Source: Macrostomum lignano (Eukaryota). From it: a stretch of DNA of 64,000 bases. Below the pieces are notes generated by a model, which worked only from the letters and a program-made list of their open reading frames with translations, made no database searches and was not told the DNA's origin. Both the position numbers and the translations under genes were made by a program. Within the stretch, counting starts at the first letter, position 1. The number at the start of each line of letters is the position of its first letter. Location: positions 1 to 64,000 of the forward strand of contig NIVC01001837.1 in the NCBI GenBank assembly GCA_002269645.1, written 5' to 3'. Below, one piece after another: positions 48,390 to 60,795 of the stretch.

Positions 48390-50265
48390 GCTAAATTGGC
48401 GCTTAAATCTCACCTGCTGAGCTAAAGTGACGCCTAAATCTCACCTGCTGAGCTAAAGTGACGCCTAAATCTCACCTGCTGAGCTAAAGTGACGCCTAAA
48501 TCTCACCTGCTGAGCTAAAGTGACGCCTAAATCTCACCTGCTGAGCTAAAGTGATGCCTAAATCTCACGTGCTGAGCTAAATTGGCGCTTATAGTAATCA
48601 CCTGCTGAGCTAAATTGGCGCTTATAGTAATCACCTGCTGAGCTAAATTGGCGCTTATAGTAATCACCTGCTGAGCTAAATTGGCGCTTATAGTAATCAC
48701 CTGCTGAGCTAAATTGGCGCTTATAGTAATCACCTGCTGAGCTAAATTGGCGCTTATAGTAATCACCTGCTGAGCTAAATTGGCGCTTATAGTAATCACC
48801 TGCTGAGCTAAATTGGCGCTTAAATCTCACCTGCTGAGCTAAATTGGTGCTTAAATCTTACCCTGCTGAGCTAAATTGGTGCTTAAATCTCACCTGCTGA
48901 GCTAAATTGGTGCTTAAATCTTACCCTGCTGGGCTAAATTGGTGCTTAAATCTTACCCTGCTGAGCTAAATTGGCGCTTAAATCTCACCTGCTGAGCTAA
49001 ATTGGTGCTTAAATCTCACCTGCTGAGCTAAATTGGCGCTTAAATCTCACCTGCTGAGCTAAATTGGTGCTTAAATCTCACCTGCTGAGCTAAATTGGCG
49101 CTTAAATCTCACCTGCTGAGCTAAATTGGCGCTTAAATCTCACCTGCTGAGCTAAATTGGCGCTTAAATCTCACCTGCTGAGCTAAATTGGTGCTTAAAT
49201 CTTACCCTGCTGAGCTAAATTGGCGCCTAAATCTTATCCTGCTGAGCTAAATTGGCGCCTAAATCTTACCCTGCTGAGCTAAATTGGTGCTTAAATCTTA
49301 CCCTGCTGAGCTAAATTGGCGCCTAAATCTTATCCTGCTGAGCTAAATTGGCGCCTAAATCTTACCCTGCTGAGCTAAATTGGCGCTTAAATCTCACCTG
49401 CTGAGCTAAAGTGACGCCTAAATCTCACCTGCTGAGCTAAAGTGACGCCTAAATCTCACCTGCTGAGCTAAAGTGACGCCTAAATCTCACCTGCTGAGCT
49501 AAAGTGACGCCTAAATCTCACCTGCTGAGCTAAAGTGATGCCTAAATCTCACGTGCTGAGCTAAATTGGCGCTTATAGTAATCACCTGCTGAGCTAAATT
49601 GGCGCTTATAGTAATCACCTGCTGAGCTAAATTGGCGCTTATAGTAATCACCTGCTGAGCTAAATTGGCGCTTATAGTAATCACCTGCTGAGCTAAATTG
49701 GCGCTTATAGTAATCACCTGCTGAGCTAAATTGGCGCTTAAATCTCACCTGCTGAGCTAAATTGGTGCTTAAATCTTACCCTGCTGAGCTAAATTGGTGC
49801 TTAAATCTCACCTGCTGAGCTAAATTGGTGCTTAAATCTTACCCTGCTGGGCTAAATTGGTGCTTAAATCTTACCCTGCTGAGCTAAATTGGCGCTTAAA
49901 TCTCACCTGCTGAGCTAAATTGGTGCTTAAATCTCACCTGCTGAGCTAAATTGGCGCTTAAATCTCACCTGCTGAGCTAAATTGGTGCTTAAATCTCACC
50001 TGCTGAGCTAAATTGGCGCTTAAATCTCACCTGCTGAGCTAAATTGGCGCTTAAATCTCACCTGCTGAGCTAAATTGGTGCTTAAATCTTACCCTGCTGA
50101 GCTAAATTGGCGCCTAAATCTTATCCTGCTGAGCTAAATTGGCGCCTAAATCTTACCCTGCTGAGCTAAATTGGTGCTTAAATCTTACCCTGCTGAGCTA
50201 AATTGGTGCTTAAATCTTACCCTGCTGAGCTAAATTGGTGCTTAAATCTTACCCTGCTGAGCTGA
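48390..50265. repeat. 31-33 bp minisatellite with ~1-kb higher-order duplication
   Basis: Constant CCTGCTGAGCTAAA core; the ordered series of variants repeats at an offset of about 984 bp. Confidence 0.97.
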
Positions 50266-51260
50266 ATTGCCGCTCAAATCTTTCCGGTACAGGAGATTGC
50301 CGGCCAAAATGGGAAATGGGACTGGGACGGACTCTCTCCCCTGGCAAAAAGTATTCCTTGGCGCCTGATTGTTACAATTACATTGACTATATAGCTGTTG
50401 TGGCTCCGACTTGTTGTGATTTGTGATCCCTCCTCACGTCCTCAGATGAAAATCCTGGCTACGACACTGCGGCAGCGGGGTCACACAGTTATGATGACAA
50501 TAGACAGATGACGCAGGTTTCCACAGGATGGGGGGCTCCACGTCGCATCATAGTCAGGGGCCAGAGCTAGCTAGAATTGGAAGTCCATCTGTAGCTACTC
50601 AGTAATTAATCAGTAGTCATCTAGAATAAGCTAGATGTTCAGTTGATAGTCCAATTAGTGCTCCGTCCAGTCCTACACTACGTAGCTATTACGTTGACTA
50701 TGATCTCATGAATCGTCAAAATGCATCATTCATTTCTTTCTCTACTGCAGCAGCCAGGCACGCACAGTATGCTGTGGGGGCATGGCATTTCATATTGTAC
50801 AGAGGTTGCTAAAAATAACTTTGTTTATCGCTTAGGCTTGAAAGAAAATTGTTCATCACATTTCTACGAGGGCTTAGGGTAAGACAATTCTAAGTTCTAA
50901 CAGTAACGGGCAAGTGATGTGATATTAACCCCAGCGGCCAGCGCTTAATTCTATTTCCAGGAAAACTATTATGTGCGCGTAAATAGCGCTGTTGCCCCTC
51001 CCCGCCGGCTTCAAACACGCCTCTCAATTTGCGTACATTTCCAAATGCACTTAGTGCTCTCTCGGGGGGTGGGATGGCGGGGGTGGGTCGGCCGGATAAG
51101 AGGCCAATGTACACTGGACGTATTGATTTTGTTAGAAGTTCCCTTTCCTTTCAACGCGCCCAGCCAACCGGTTTTACTTTTAACAGCGGGGAACGCTCAG
51201 GTCTCTCTCTGTTCACACCGGGCTTGAAATCCTGTCCAACCTGCCTAACCCCGTTTCGTA

Positions 51261-51290
51261 CATAAAAAGGCCTCGCAAACCTTATTCAGT
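51261..51290 (+). promoter_or_regulatory. Candidate core promoter (TATA-like + Inr) of the DM9 gene
   Basis: CATAAAAA at 51261 and TCAGT at 51286, followed by a putative non-coding exon and a GTGAGT...TTGCAG intron (51351-51602) ending 13 nt before the ATG. Confidence 0.45.
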
Positions 51291-51615
51291 ACTCTCCAGG
51301 AGCCGAGGCCGTTTTGCTTTTAGACATCAGTTCTCATTTCTGCGACTCCGGTGAGTCTATCGTGTTTTTTATTTTATTTTTTATCCGTGCGAAATTATTA
51401 ATAACATCCAGGCCAAATTGATTCTAGATAGGAAGCTTAGTTAGGGTTTGGGGCCAACGCCAAGCAAATATTGAAGGGTGGCGTCTCAGTCAGCTCAACC
51501 TAATCATCTGCCTGTGCGATGATGGCGTGACCCATTCTAAGACTGTGAGTCTTGTTTCAGACTACGTCTACGATTCTTCCCATCTCCCCTTTCCTATTGC
51601 AGTCCGCATTCGAAA

Positions 51616-52152
51616 ATGTACGGCAACCAGCCTTACCCGCAACCGGGCGCCCAGCCTCCGCCGTACGGTGGCGGCGGTGGCAGCGGCAAGCCGGCCCAGG
51701 TGTGCCTGAGCTGGGTGCCGGCCTCCAACGGTCAGGTCCCGCCCAGGGCGGTGCAGGTGGGCACCCAGAGCGACGGCTCGCCAGTGTACGTCAGCCGGGC
51801 CCGCCACGGCAACGAGCTGATCCCGGCCAAGCTGGTGCAGGGCCACGGCCACGTCTGCCTGCCCTACGGCGGCAAGGAGCACCTTGTGCAGCAGTACGAG
51901 GTGCTGTGCGACTCCGGCATGCCCTGCTTCGGCTGCGGCTGGGCCTGGGCCCCCTGCCAGGGCTTCAACGTGCCGCCAAACGCCATCATTGGCGGACACA
52001 CTGACAGGAACGAACCCCTTTACATCGGCAAGGGATTTGTTAATGGCGACGCGGCTGCCGGCAAGGTCTATAGTCCGCATCAGTGCGCCTACTTCAGCTG
52101 GGGCGGCGCTGAGCACTCTAGCAAGCAGTTTGAGATCCTTGTGGCCATGTGA
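51616..52152 (+). CDS. DM9-repeat (DUF3421-like) lectin-like protein, 178 aa
   Basis: Two DM9 repeats (WVPASNGQVPPRAVQVG..SPVYVSRARHGNELIPAK..YGGKEH...YEVL; W...VPPNAIIGG..EPLYIGKG..AAAGKV..WGGAEH...FEILV); P/G/Q/Y-rich N-terminal tail; no signal peptide. Confidence 0.9.
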   Translation: MYGNQPYPQPGAQPPPYGGGGGSGKPAQVCLSWVPASNGQVPPRAVQVGTQSDGSPVYVSRARHGNELIPAKLVQGHGHVCLPYGGKEHLVQQYEVLCDSGMPCFGCGWAWAPCQGFNVPPNAIIGGHTDRNEPLYIGKGFVNGDAAAGKVYSPHQCAYFSWGGAEHSSKQFEILVAM

Positions 52153-53078
52153 ACTCAATTACTGATTATTCTAATACAGACTCTTGTCAGTTGTCACTGA
52201 GAGGCCTATGTTGTTAAGCCGTTTGTTTTTTGTCAAATTTGTGGTCAATTTTCCCTCGTTTGCGTGGATTTTTGTTGGTCATCGAAAAACCTATTATACG
52301 TAGATGTGTCTTCTGTGTTAATTTTCTAGCTAATCTCTTTTTCTATGTTCAGCTGTTCGCGACTCTAACTACACTTTTTAACACAGTACTGGCTCATTCC
52401 GACTGAAAACCACCGGCCAAGTGCGCAAAGGGCAGTGCGGCTCTTTCTCATATTATTTTATCCTTGATGGCCCGCCCTGTTTATTCTCTCTGGAGCTCTG
52501 CTCCCATACTGAAATATCATTCAGCTGTCTGAGCTATTTCTCTTAATACTGCACAGTCTTGGTTAATAATCTACAGAGATGAATTCCTTTGCTCGAAGGA
52601 GGTGCCACCAAACTGGTTTGTCACTGGCCTCTATAGTTGCATAGTAGATCTAGAAAGAACTGGCCAGCTTGTATGCTATTGAGCACCTTGAGTACACTTG
52701 ATGAGCTAGCAGAGATGAGGCTTGAGTTGACTAGGCTAAACGCTTCGCTATTGTGTTCGAAACTGACCGAGTACAGTCAGTCATTCCAGAGAACTAGCAG
52801 GATGAGTCAGCTGGACTCTAGCGCGATTTCTGCCTACTTTGTTATACTAGCAATCCAGTGCTGTGACCATGACAACTATTTTAGCGGTATCTAGTTGTAA
52901 AGGTCTACCTCAATAAAAATTTTACTATAGCTGAGGACTCGCGTTGCGACCTCTGGTTCGATTCCGTGCGCGTCATTTTAAATTAGAAATCAGAAATTGA
53001 CTTAAGGGGCTTGTGCGATTCACAATGAGGGCCCCATGATGGCACCTGGCTCAGTGTACAGTATGTGTTACATGTACA

Positions 53079-53342
53079 GGCGGTTGTAACCTAGTGGTTA
53101 GAGGTCTGACTCGCGACTGAAAGGTCGGGGGTTCGATTCTCTACCCAACTTGGAACAATTTGTGTCCCTGAGCATGACACTTAACTCTGCATTGCTTCAG
53201 TTCACCCAGAATGGGTGCCAGCATTAGCTGGGGTAATTGAGGCTGTGTGGCGACCCCCCAGTCCCTTGGACTGAACAGCCGTACGCAGCCTTCAGAAGCG
53301 CCGCGCAATAGCTGCGGCTGAGCTGTCGGTTGCATATCTGTC
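53079..53342 (+). mobile_element. tRNA-derived CORE-like SINE, family 1 (near full length)
   Basis: TAACCTAGTGG A box, GGTTCGATTCT B box, TGTGTCCCTGAGCATGACACTTAAC...CTTCAGTTCACCCAG CORE-like block, AT-rich tail. Confidence 0.8.
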
Positions 53343-54069
53343 CATTGGGGCAGGTGTAATCAATATTATTAATATTATGTATGCATGAGTGCGTACAGTA
53401 TCCGCGCGTTTAATTGTATGTGCTCAGAATTCAGCGCAATTGGCGCAAAATCGGTTTTGGGACGATGCCGCCGAAGGCGTTGCGCCAAAAAGGTGCTCAC
53501 AACGAAGATCTAGCCAGGTTACCATGGAACCGACATTAATTATGTGTAAGTATACAGTCCCATTTTACAATGCAAAGGTGCAGATCATGTATGGACTATG
53601 AAATGAAGAATGTATAATCTAGGTTCCACATCAACATGTGGCCTAGCTCAGGTCGTCACATCGAGAGCAAAAGTACATTTCTATAAAATCAATGGCATAG
53701 ATACGAGCTTCGAACATTACATTGTCAGTTCCCCCAGTGTATTTTCATTGCAGCATTCTGTATTTGCAATTGCTTCAGCCTTCAGATCAATTGGGTTCAT
53801 CTCAGGCATCCATTGATGAGCTATCGACTCAACACAAAAGAAATACGTCAGTATACAAAGGAATGGAAACGACGCAAAGCTGTCATTAAACATAATAGGT
53901 TGCAATTTTTAAGAGCCTTCTACACTGTTTTTGTGTCGCACGTTACAATTACTGCTTTAATATAAATTGTACTGACGTAATGTTTGATCGTTTAACGCAA
54001 TGATAATTAATTTCTTGGTTTTGCTCGTAAACGGTTTACAGCATCGTCGATTAGTACTGCATCGCAGCT

Positions 54070-55430
54070 TAAAACTTCACAAGTCCGAAGCTTCACAAGC
54101 TCGAAACTTCACAAGCTCGAAACTTCACAAGCTCGAAACTTCACAAGCTCGAAGCTTCACAAGTCCGAAGCTTCTTCACAAGCTCGAAACTTCACAAGCT
54201 CGAAGCTTCACAAGCTCGAAACTTCACAAGCTCGAAACTTCACAAGCTCGAAACTTCACAAGCTCGAAACTTCACAAGCTCGAAGCTTCACAAGTCCGAA
54301 GCTTCTTCACAAGCTCGAAACTTCACAAGCTCGAAGCTTCACAAGCTTGAAGCTTCACAAGCTCGAAACTTTACAAGCTTGAAGCTTCACAAGCTCGAAA
54401 CTTCACAAGCTCGAAGCATCACAAGCTCGAAGCATCACAAGTCCGAAGCTTCTTCACAAGCTCGAAACTTCACAAGCTCGAAGCTTCACAAGCTTGAAGC
54501 TTCACAAGCTCGAAGCATCACAAGTCCGAAGCTTCTTCACAAGCTCGAAACTTCACAAGCTCGAAGCTTCACAAGCTTGAAGCTTCACAAGCTCGAAACT
54601 TCACAAGCTCGAAGCTTCACAAGCTCGAAGCATCACAAGCTCGAAGCATCACAAGTCCGAAGCTTCTTCACAAGCTCGAAACTTCACAAGCTCGAAGCTT
54701 CACAAGTCCGAAGCTTCACAAGCTCGAAGCTTCACAAGCTCGAAGCCTCACAAGCTCGAAGCCTCACAAGCTCGAAGCTACACAAGCTTGAAGCTTCACA
54801 AGCTCGAAACTTCACAAGCTCGAAGCATCACAAGCTCGAAGCATCACAAGTCCAAAGCTTCTTCACAAGCTCGAAACTTCACAAGCTCGAAGCTTTACAA
54901 GCTTGAAGCTTCACAAGCTTGAAGCTTCACAAACTCGAAACTTCACAAGCTCGAAGCATCACAAGCTCGAAGCTTCACAAGCTCGAAGCATCACAAGCTC
55001 GAAGCATCACAAGTCCGAAGCTTCTTCACAAGCTCGAAACTTCACAAGCTCGAAGCTTCACAAGCTCGAAGCATCACAAGCTCGAAGCATCACAAGTCCG
55101 AAGCTTCTTCACAAGCTCGAAACTTCACAAGCTCGAAGCTTCACAAGCTTGAAGCTTCACAAGCTCGAAACTTCACAAGCTCGAAGCATCACAAGCTCGA
55201 AGCTTCACAAGCTCGAAGCATCACAAGCTCGAAGCATCACAAGTCCGAAGCTTCTTCACAAGCTCGAAACTTCACAAGCTCGAAGCTTCACAAGCTTGAA
55301 GCTTCACAAGCTCGAAACTTCACAAGCTCGAAGCATCACAAGCTCGAAGCTTCACAAGCTCGAAGCATCACAAGCTCGAAGCATCACAAGTCCGAAGCTT
55401 CTTCACAAGCTCGAAACTTCACAAGCTGGA
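54070..55430. repeat. 16/19-bp minisatellite (AAGCTCGAAGCTTCAC and variants)
   Basis: About 83 units from five or so recurring variants. Confidence 0.97.
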
Positions 55431-56307
55431 AAGTTCGTAAGCTCAAAACACCCTTTTCATGAGAACCGAGAGTGGCAGCTTTAATCCAGCTCTGTCATAA
55501 CTCTTCACTCTCTTCTCACCAGCCCAAGCCAGGGCCTTGCGATGCAAAACTGCATCACCCAACAGTTGAGACGAGAACCGCGGGCGATTGCAAAAACTTG
55601 AGGCTGAGACCTGGGAAAAGTTGACCGCTTGTTTGACCACTGTAGAAAATCTGACATGTTGCTGCAGAATGAGCGAGCGCACTGCCTGTAGTTGCACACA
55701 AACTCGTGACACATTTACGTATAGATAAAGTTTGCTAACCACTATAGGGACTGCACCGAATTGACATCTCTGTACGAAGCTTCGAGCGTATTTGTCAATT
55801 ATTCCGTCATAGACCCCTATAGGCCTACTTGTAGTAATAAGAAGAATGGGTTCGAGTGGGGCATGGCAAATTATGGCTGGCTGTTCCAAATTTGCCGCTG
55901 ATAGCAGACAATTTTGCTTGTGAAATTCTGCTTTAAATTTAATAACTATAGTAGACGATTAGAGATTTAGTATATTTAGATTAGAATTAGAGTTCATATT
56001 CAGATTTGGATAGAGAAACAGTTCAGCTTTCAAATTGAAGCAACATTCATAAATTAATTAGGGATACAATCTGGTCTTACTACGAGACAATTGAACGCAT
56101 TGGCAACAGAGACCGCTAAAAAAGTTCAAACTTCTGCAGGAGATTTTGTTTCATGCGGCTTCACTAATAAAATCTATTGATTAATCACACAGGCTCAATA
56201 TTATATTATTAGCATATAACTAAGTAAATCAGTAAGCACAGCAGCTCCTCTGGTGGCGTCTTCGACTGTGCCTGGTAGCTTCCAGCTTTCGGCTTTCACT
56301 TCGCAAC

Positions 56308-58807
56308 TCAGGCACAGCTGCCAAAGCGTTTCTTCCAGAACAGCAGCAGGCCGCTGTCGCTCAGCGAGTTGCCGCCCGACTCGCCCCTGCAGCCGACGCC
56401 GGAGCAGAAGGAGCCGCCGCCGCCGCCGGCCTGCGGATACCAGCTACCGGCTCCGCCGCCGCTGAAGCCGCCGCCGCCTCCGGCAGCGCCGCTTTGATGG
56501 CTGCCGCCTCCGCCTCCACCGAAGCCTCCGACAGCGCCCTCGTTGCCGTGTCCGGCGACGCCGCCGACCCAGCCCTGGCTGATGCCCCCTCCGCGATCGC
56601 CGTAGCAGGTTCTGATCCTGGAGATGGCGACTCCCAGCCAGCCGGCTCCCAGGCCGCCCTTGTATGTCCTTGTAGACGGTCCGTAGCTCCCGGGCTGCCC
56701 GTTCGCACCGCCGTAGCCGACGTAGGAAGCCGTGCCGACAGAGTCGGTTCCGTTTGGACCAGCCGATCCGTTCACGCCTGCGTTGAGGCCACAAAGATAG
56801 CAAAGATCGGAGCTGTGAGTCACCTAAATGCACTACGGTGATCACCATTAAAAGTACTTTAGAATCGTTGGTATCGTTAGAAGTGAAATCACGTTAGAGG
56901 TATCATGTTATTCTTAATTCATAGCCTGTATCTGAATTTATACCCTTGTATCCGATGGAGCCACCGCCGCCTCCGCCGGCAGCCAGGTACAGCAGGTTGT
57001 CCGAGCTCCGGTACACGAAGGTGCCGCCGCCGCCGCCAGAAGCTGCGTGGTTGTAACTTTGAGTCGCGTTGCCGCCCCGCTGTCCGATCACCAGGCTGAG
57101 CTGCGTTCCCGCCGTCAGGTTGAAGCTGCCTCCGATGCGGGCGCCGAATCCGCCAGTGTAGACGGGACTGAAGGCCGGGTTGGAGCTGCCGCCTCTGGCT
57201 CCGAGCGCCTCCATGCGGTAGCAGCCGGTCTCGTTCACCGTCAGGGTCTGGATGGAGCCGGTCCTGCCCGAGCTGCTGTCTGGAATGCGGGTCAACTCCT
57301 CTGTGAGCTCCGGTGTCGCTGTGCGATCAAAACTCACACACAAAAAGTTCAGCAGAGGTCTCACTTCTATAGACGATGACGGCTTTGCTCAGATTGAAAT
57401 TTTCTGACACAAGGACCTCCTCGTCCCGTGTGGCTTTGAATTCGTTTTCGATGTCGCACTCCATGATCTTCGCATACAACGCAGGAATCGCGAACCACCG
57501 AACCATTCGACAGACTCCGTCCTTGAAGGCCACAGCCGAGAAGCCGGAGCTGCTGGCCCTCACGGCGCACTCGGTGCTGCTGCGAATGTCCCGGAGAGTG
57601 TGCACTGACTTGCAAACGTTCTTCTCCACCTCGAGCTTGAAGGCGGCTGAGCCAGTTGGCGCTTTCGTCAGATGAAAAGCCTCACCGGAGCTCGGGGCTG
57701 AGCCGATGAGTCCTGGAACAGTTCAGAGCGGAACTGAATGGAGGAGCTGGTCAGTTAATGAATGGTGAAGTCATGAGTCCTGGAACAGTTCAGAGCAGAA
57801 CTGAATGGAGGAGCTGGTCAGTTAATGAGTGGTGAAGTCATGAGTCCTGGAACAGTTCAAAGCGGAACTGAATGGAGGAGCTGGTCAGTTAATGAGTGGT
57901 GAAGTCATGAGTCCTGGAACAGTTCAGAGCGGAACAGAATGGAGGAGCTGGTCAGTTAATGAGTGGTGAAGTCATGAGTCCTGGAACAGTTCAGAGCGGA
58001 ACTGAATGGAGGAGCTGGTCAGTTAATGAGTGGTGAAGTCATGAGTCCTGGAACAGTTCAGAGCGGGACTGAATGGAGGAGCTGGTCAGTTAATGAGTGG
58101 TGAAGTCATGAGTCCTGGAACAGTTCAGAGCAGAACTGAATGGAGGAGCTGGTCAGTTAATGAGTGGTGAAGTCATGAGTCCTGGAACAGTTCAGAGCGG
58201 AACTGAATGGAGGAGCTGGTCAGTTAATGAGTGGTGAAGTCATGAGTCCTGGAACAGTTCAGAGCGGAACAGAATGGAGGAGCTGGTCAGTTAATGAGTG
58301 GTGAAGTCATGAGTCCTGGAACAGTTCAGAGCGGAACAGAATGGAGGAGCTGGTCAGTTAATGAGTGGTGAAGTCATGAGTCCTGGAACAGTTCAGAGCG
58401 GGACTGAATGGAGGAGCTGGTCAGTTAATGAGTGGTGAAGTCATGAGTCCTGGAACAGTTCAGAGCAGAACTGAATGGAGGAGCTGGTCAGTTAATGAGT
58501 GGTGATGTCATGAGTCCTGGAACAGTTCAGAGCGGAACTGAATGGAGGAGCTGGTCAGTTAATGAGTGGTGAAGTCATGAGTCCTGGAACAGTTCAGAGC
58601 GGGACTGAATGGAGGAGCTGGTCAGTTAATGAGTGGTGAAGTCATGAGTCCTGGAACAGTTCAGAGCGGAACTGAATGGAGGAGCTGGTGCGACTGCATG
58701 CAGGCCGAGCGCTGATTATGAGCAATCTGTCGGGGGTAGCAAACGATAGAAGCAGAACTCTTACCTATTAAAAGCAGAGCAAAATGCAGTTGCATAACAG
58801 AGACCAT
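56308..58807 (-). CDS. Secreted PAN/apple-like + ALK/LTK-type glycine-rich domain protein, paralogue A (4 exons, 398 aa)
   Basis: Exons 58765-58807, 57365-57712, 56944-57279, 56308-56777; all phase 1, GT-AG, 1197 nt. Signal-peptide-like MVSVMQLHFALLLIGLIGSAPSSG; QTLTV..TGCYRMEALGARGG..F.L..G..L...IGQRG..GGGGGTFVY..LLYLAAGGGGG resembles the ALK TNF-like/GlyR region; no TM helix or kinase. Confidence 0.82.
57706..58688. repeat. 67-bp minisatellite containing the exon-2 splice acceptor of paralogue A
   Basis: ATGAGTCCTGGAAC recurs every 67 bp from 57706 to 58644 (15 copies). Confidence 0.98.
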
Positions 58808-59640
58808 GTTCACTAGTTGCAGGAACAGAGTTTGGAACTGAGGCTTGGGACAGCAGGCGTATTTCAAGACAACGAGCCGAAGCTTTATTTAAACAGGCAG
58901 CCGGTTTAGCAACCGTTGCCATTGTCAACAAGCAGTGATTCCTTCTCGCGGATTGGCAGCAGTTACCTGCAAACTTCAGCTGTCCAGGTGTGGACACTGC
59001 AGGTACTTCAGTTCTGACAGCGAGTTTTAGGCAAGTGGTGTCAGTCTTTGCTAGTTAAGATGCAGCCCGCGTAAACAAAACGAACTCTTGCATACCTCAG
59101 CTTCTCTGCATGCTTCATCAATCTGTCCATCAACTGGGCAGCTCCCTACCCAGAAAGTGCTTTGTCAAGCAAGCATTTATCGATTTCTTACACGCGTCAC
59201 GTGTATCTCCAGTCTAGTTTTCGCCAGAAATAAGATTTGCAAATTTGAAGTTGCGATTCTTCAAGAATTTTCCTCAAACATTCACGGCCCCGCGAAACAG
59301 GTGCATGGAGTCTGAAGACGCTGTCACGGTGCTTCGGGGGGGGGGCTTGTCAAATCTGCTGTGTAATGCAGCTTGACGAGGCACTCAATGTCGATGAAAA
59401 TGGACAGGACTTGGTGGTAAGAAATCTTGTTTTTGTCGAATAAGAATTTCGAACTGCTGGAGAGAGAACCCCGCAAACTACTTCAAGTAGCTTAATGACC
59501 TCAATCGCGCATACAGTAGCTACATGTAAAACATGTGAACGTCTCGTACTGTTCTGCCCAACTACTGAATGCATGGCGCTTCGACGCAAACTTTCAGTGT
59601 GCTTGTTCGTTTTATCATCGGTGTTGCAGAAGCAGGTAGG

Positions 59641-59998
59641 GCCTTTGTGCACCCTATGGCGCACTTTAAGCGACATTGTCACACAACCGGCGAGAGGCAT
59701 TACTGCCCATTCCGCCGACTCCCCTGAGCAGGCACACAAGCGCGCGGATACGTACGCAGTCATACGCACAGGCACACGCTCACACAGGAGTGTACAGCGG
59801 CCCTAAGTTTATCTATCGTTAGGCATGTACACTTCACTGTGCCTTAGGGGTTGGGCCTCAAGGCCGTTAATTGCACGAGCGGAGCCAAGCCGAGATTCCA
59901 ATTTAAACCCCAAAAAATTAATGTGACTGCACTGGCAATCGAGCCTGGGCCGCTGGCACTAAAAGCGCCGCGTCAGACCACTGGGCTACGGCCCCCCC
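59641..59998 (-). mobile_element. tRNA-derived SINE, family 2
   Basis: Highly similar to 26285-26624; head GGCCGTAGCCCAGTGG...GGCTCGATTGCC on the minus strand. Confidence 0.75.
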
Positions 59999-60795
59999 TC
60001 TGTCATCGTCAGTTATGCTTAGACGAAACGCGGTGGCATTCAATAAACTCGTGTTTAATTCCGTAAGCATTTTTTACCAAAACAGGAAATTCTCTGACAA
60101 ACAAAAAACTGGTTCTTTGACAAAGCTGAAATAAGTTTAATAAGTTACTGCAGCAGCCTTCAGTAAAACGTACAGTTTATATGCAAGTGCTATTCTAAAG
60201 TTTTAAAGAAAATAATTCAACAGTTTATTGCCACAAGGGAAAATATTTTGTTGACAAAAGAGTGGGATCAGATTTCGAAAATACGATCCGTAGAAACAAC
60301 AAGCAAAATTTTAAATATGAACACAGAATTTAATAAATAGTAGAAGTGTTATTAAAATATTATTAAAAATGATAGCATTAGGTTGGCTGAAACCTAATTT
60401 GAAAAATAAGTTTGCGTAATTTGATAACTGAAGGTTTACAGTTTATCATAGAGTATAAAGCAAGGAACGTATATCGTATGCCAAAGCGTATCGTATGTCA
60501 ATAAATATTAACAAGAGAAAAGCCATATTTGATATTAAGTTTTTTTAAACATTAAAAACAGGAACAAAAACATCTCATCAGCTTCAGTAGAGAACACAGC
60601 ATAAATTTTAATCCGTCACGTTAGAACTCGCAAAAGCTTTTTGAAAATAAAAATCCATCTGCTATTCAGTGTCCGCAAAGGTCAGTCAAAAACACGTGTT
60701 GGTCGAAACCTGTCCTAATCTCAAACGCCAAGTTGTCAGAGTCATCCAAACCACAAAATTTTGTCTTTTTGCCTCCAGTAGAAGGCATGGCCGGC

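Noticed and set aside
48390-50265. CRISPR-like appearance (constant core with variable halves); also considered for the 67-bp and 36-bp arrays
   Set aside because: No unique spacers, no cas genes, eukaryotic intron context.
53079-53155. tRNA gene (also at ~41675-41746 and the family-2 heads)
   Set aside because: No acceptor-stem pairing or T-run terminator; the heads continue into shared SINE bodies.
55443-55889. 148-aa minus-strand ORF downstream of paralogue A
   Set aside because: Non-ATG start, no recognisable domain, and no splice link to neighbouring genes.
60376-60400. TTAGGTTGGCTGA mariner-TIR-like motif
   Set aside because: No partner TIR, TA duplication or transposase nearby.
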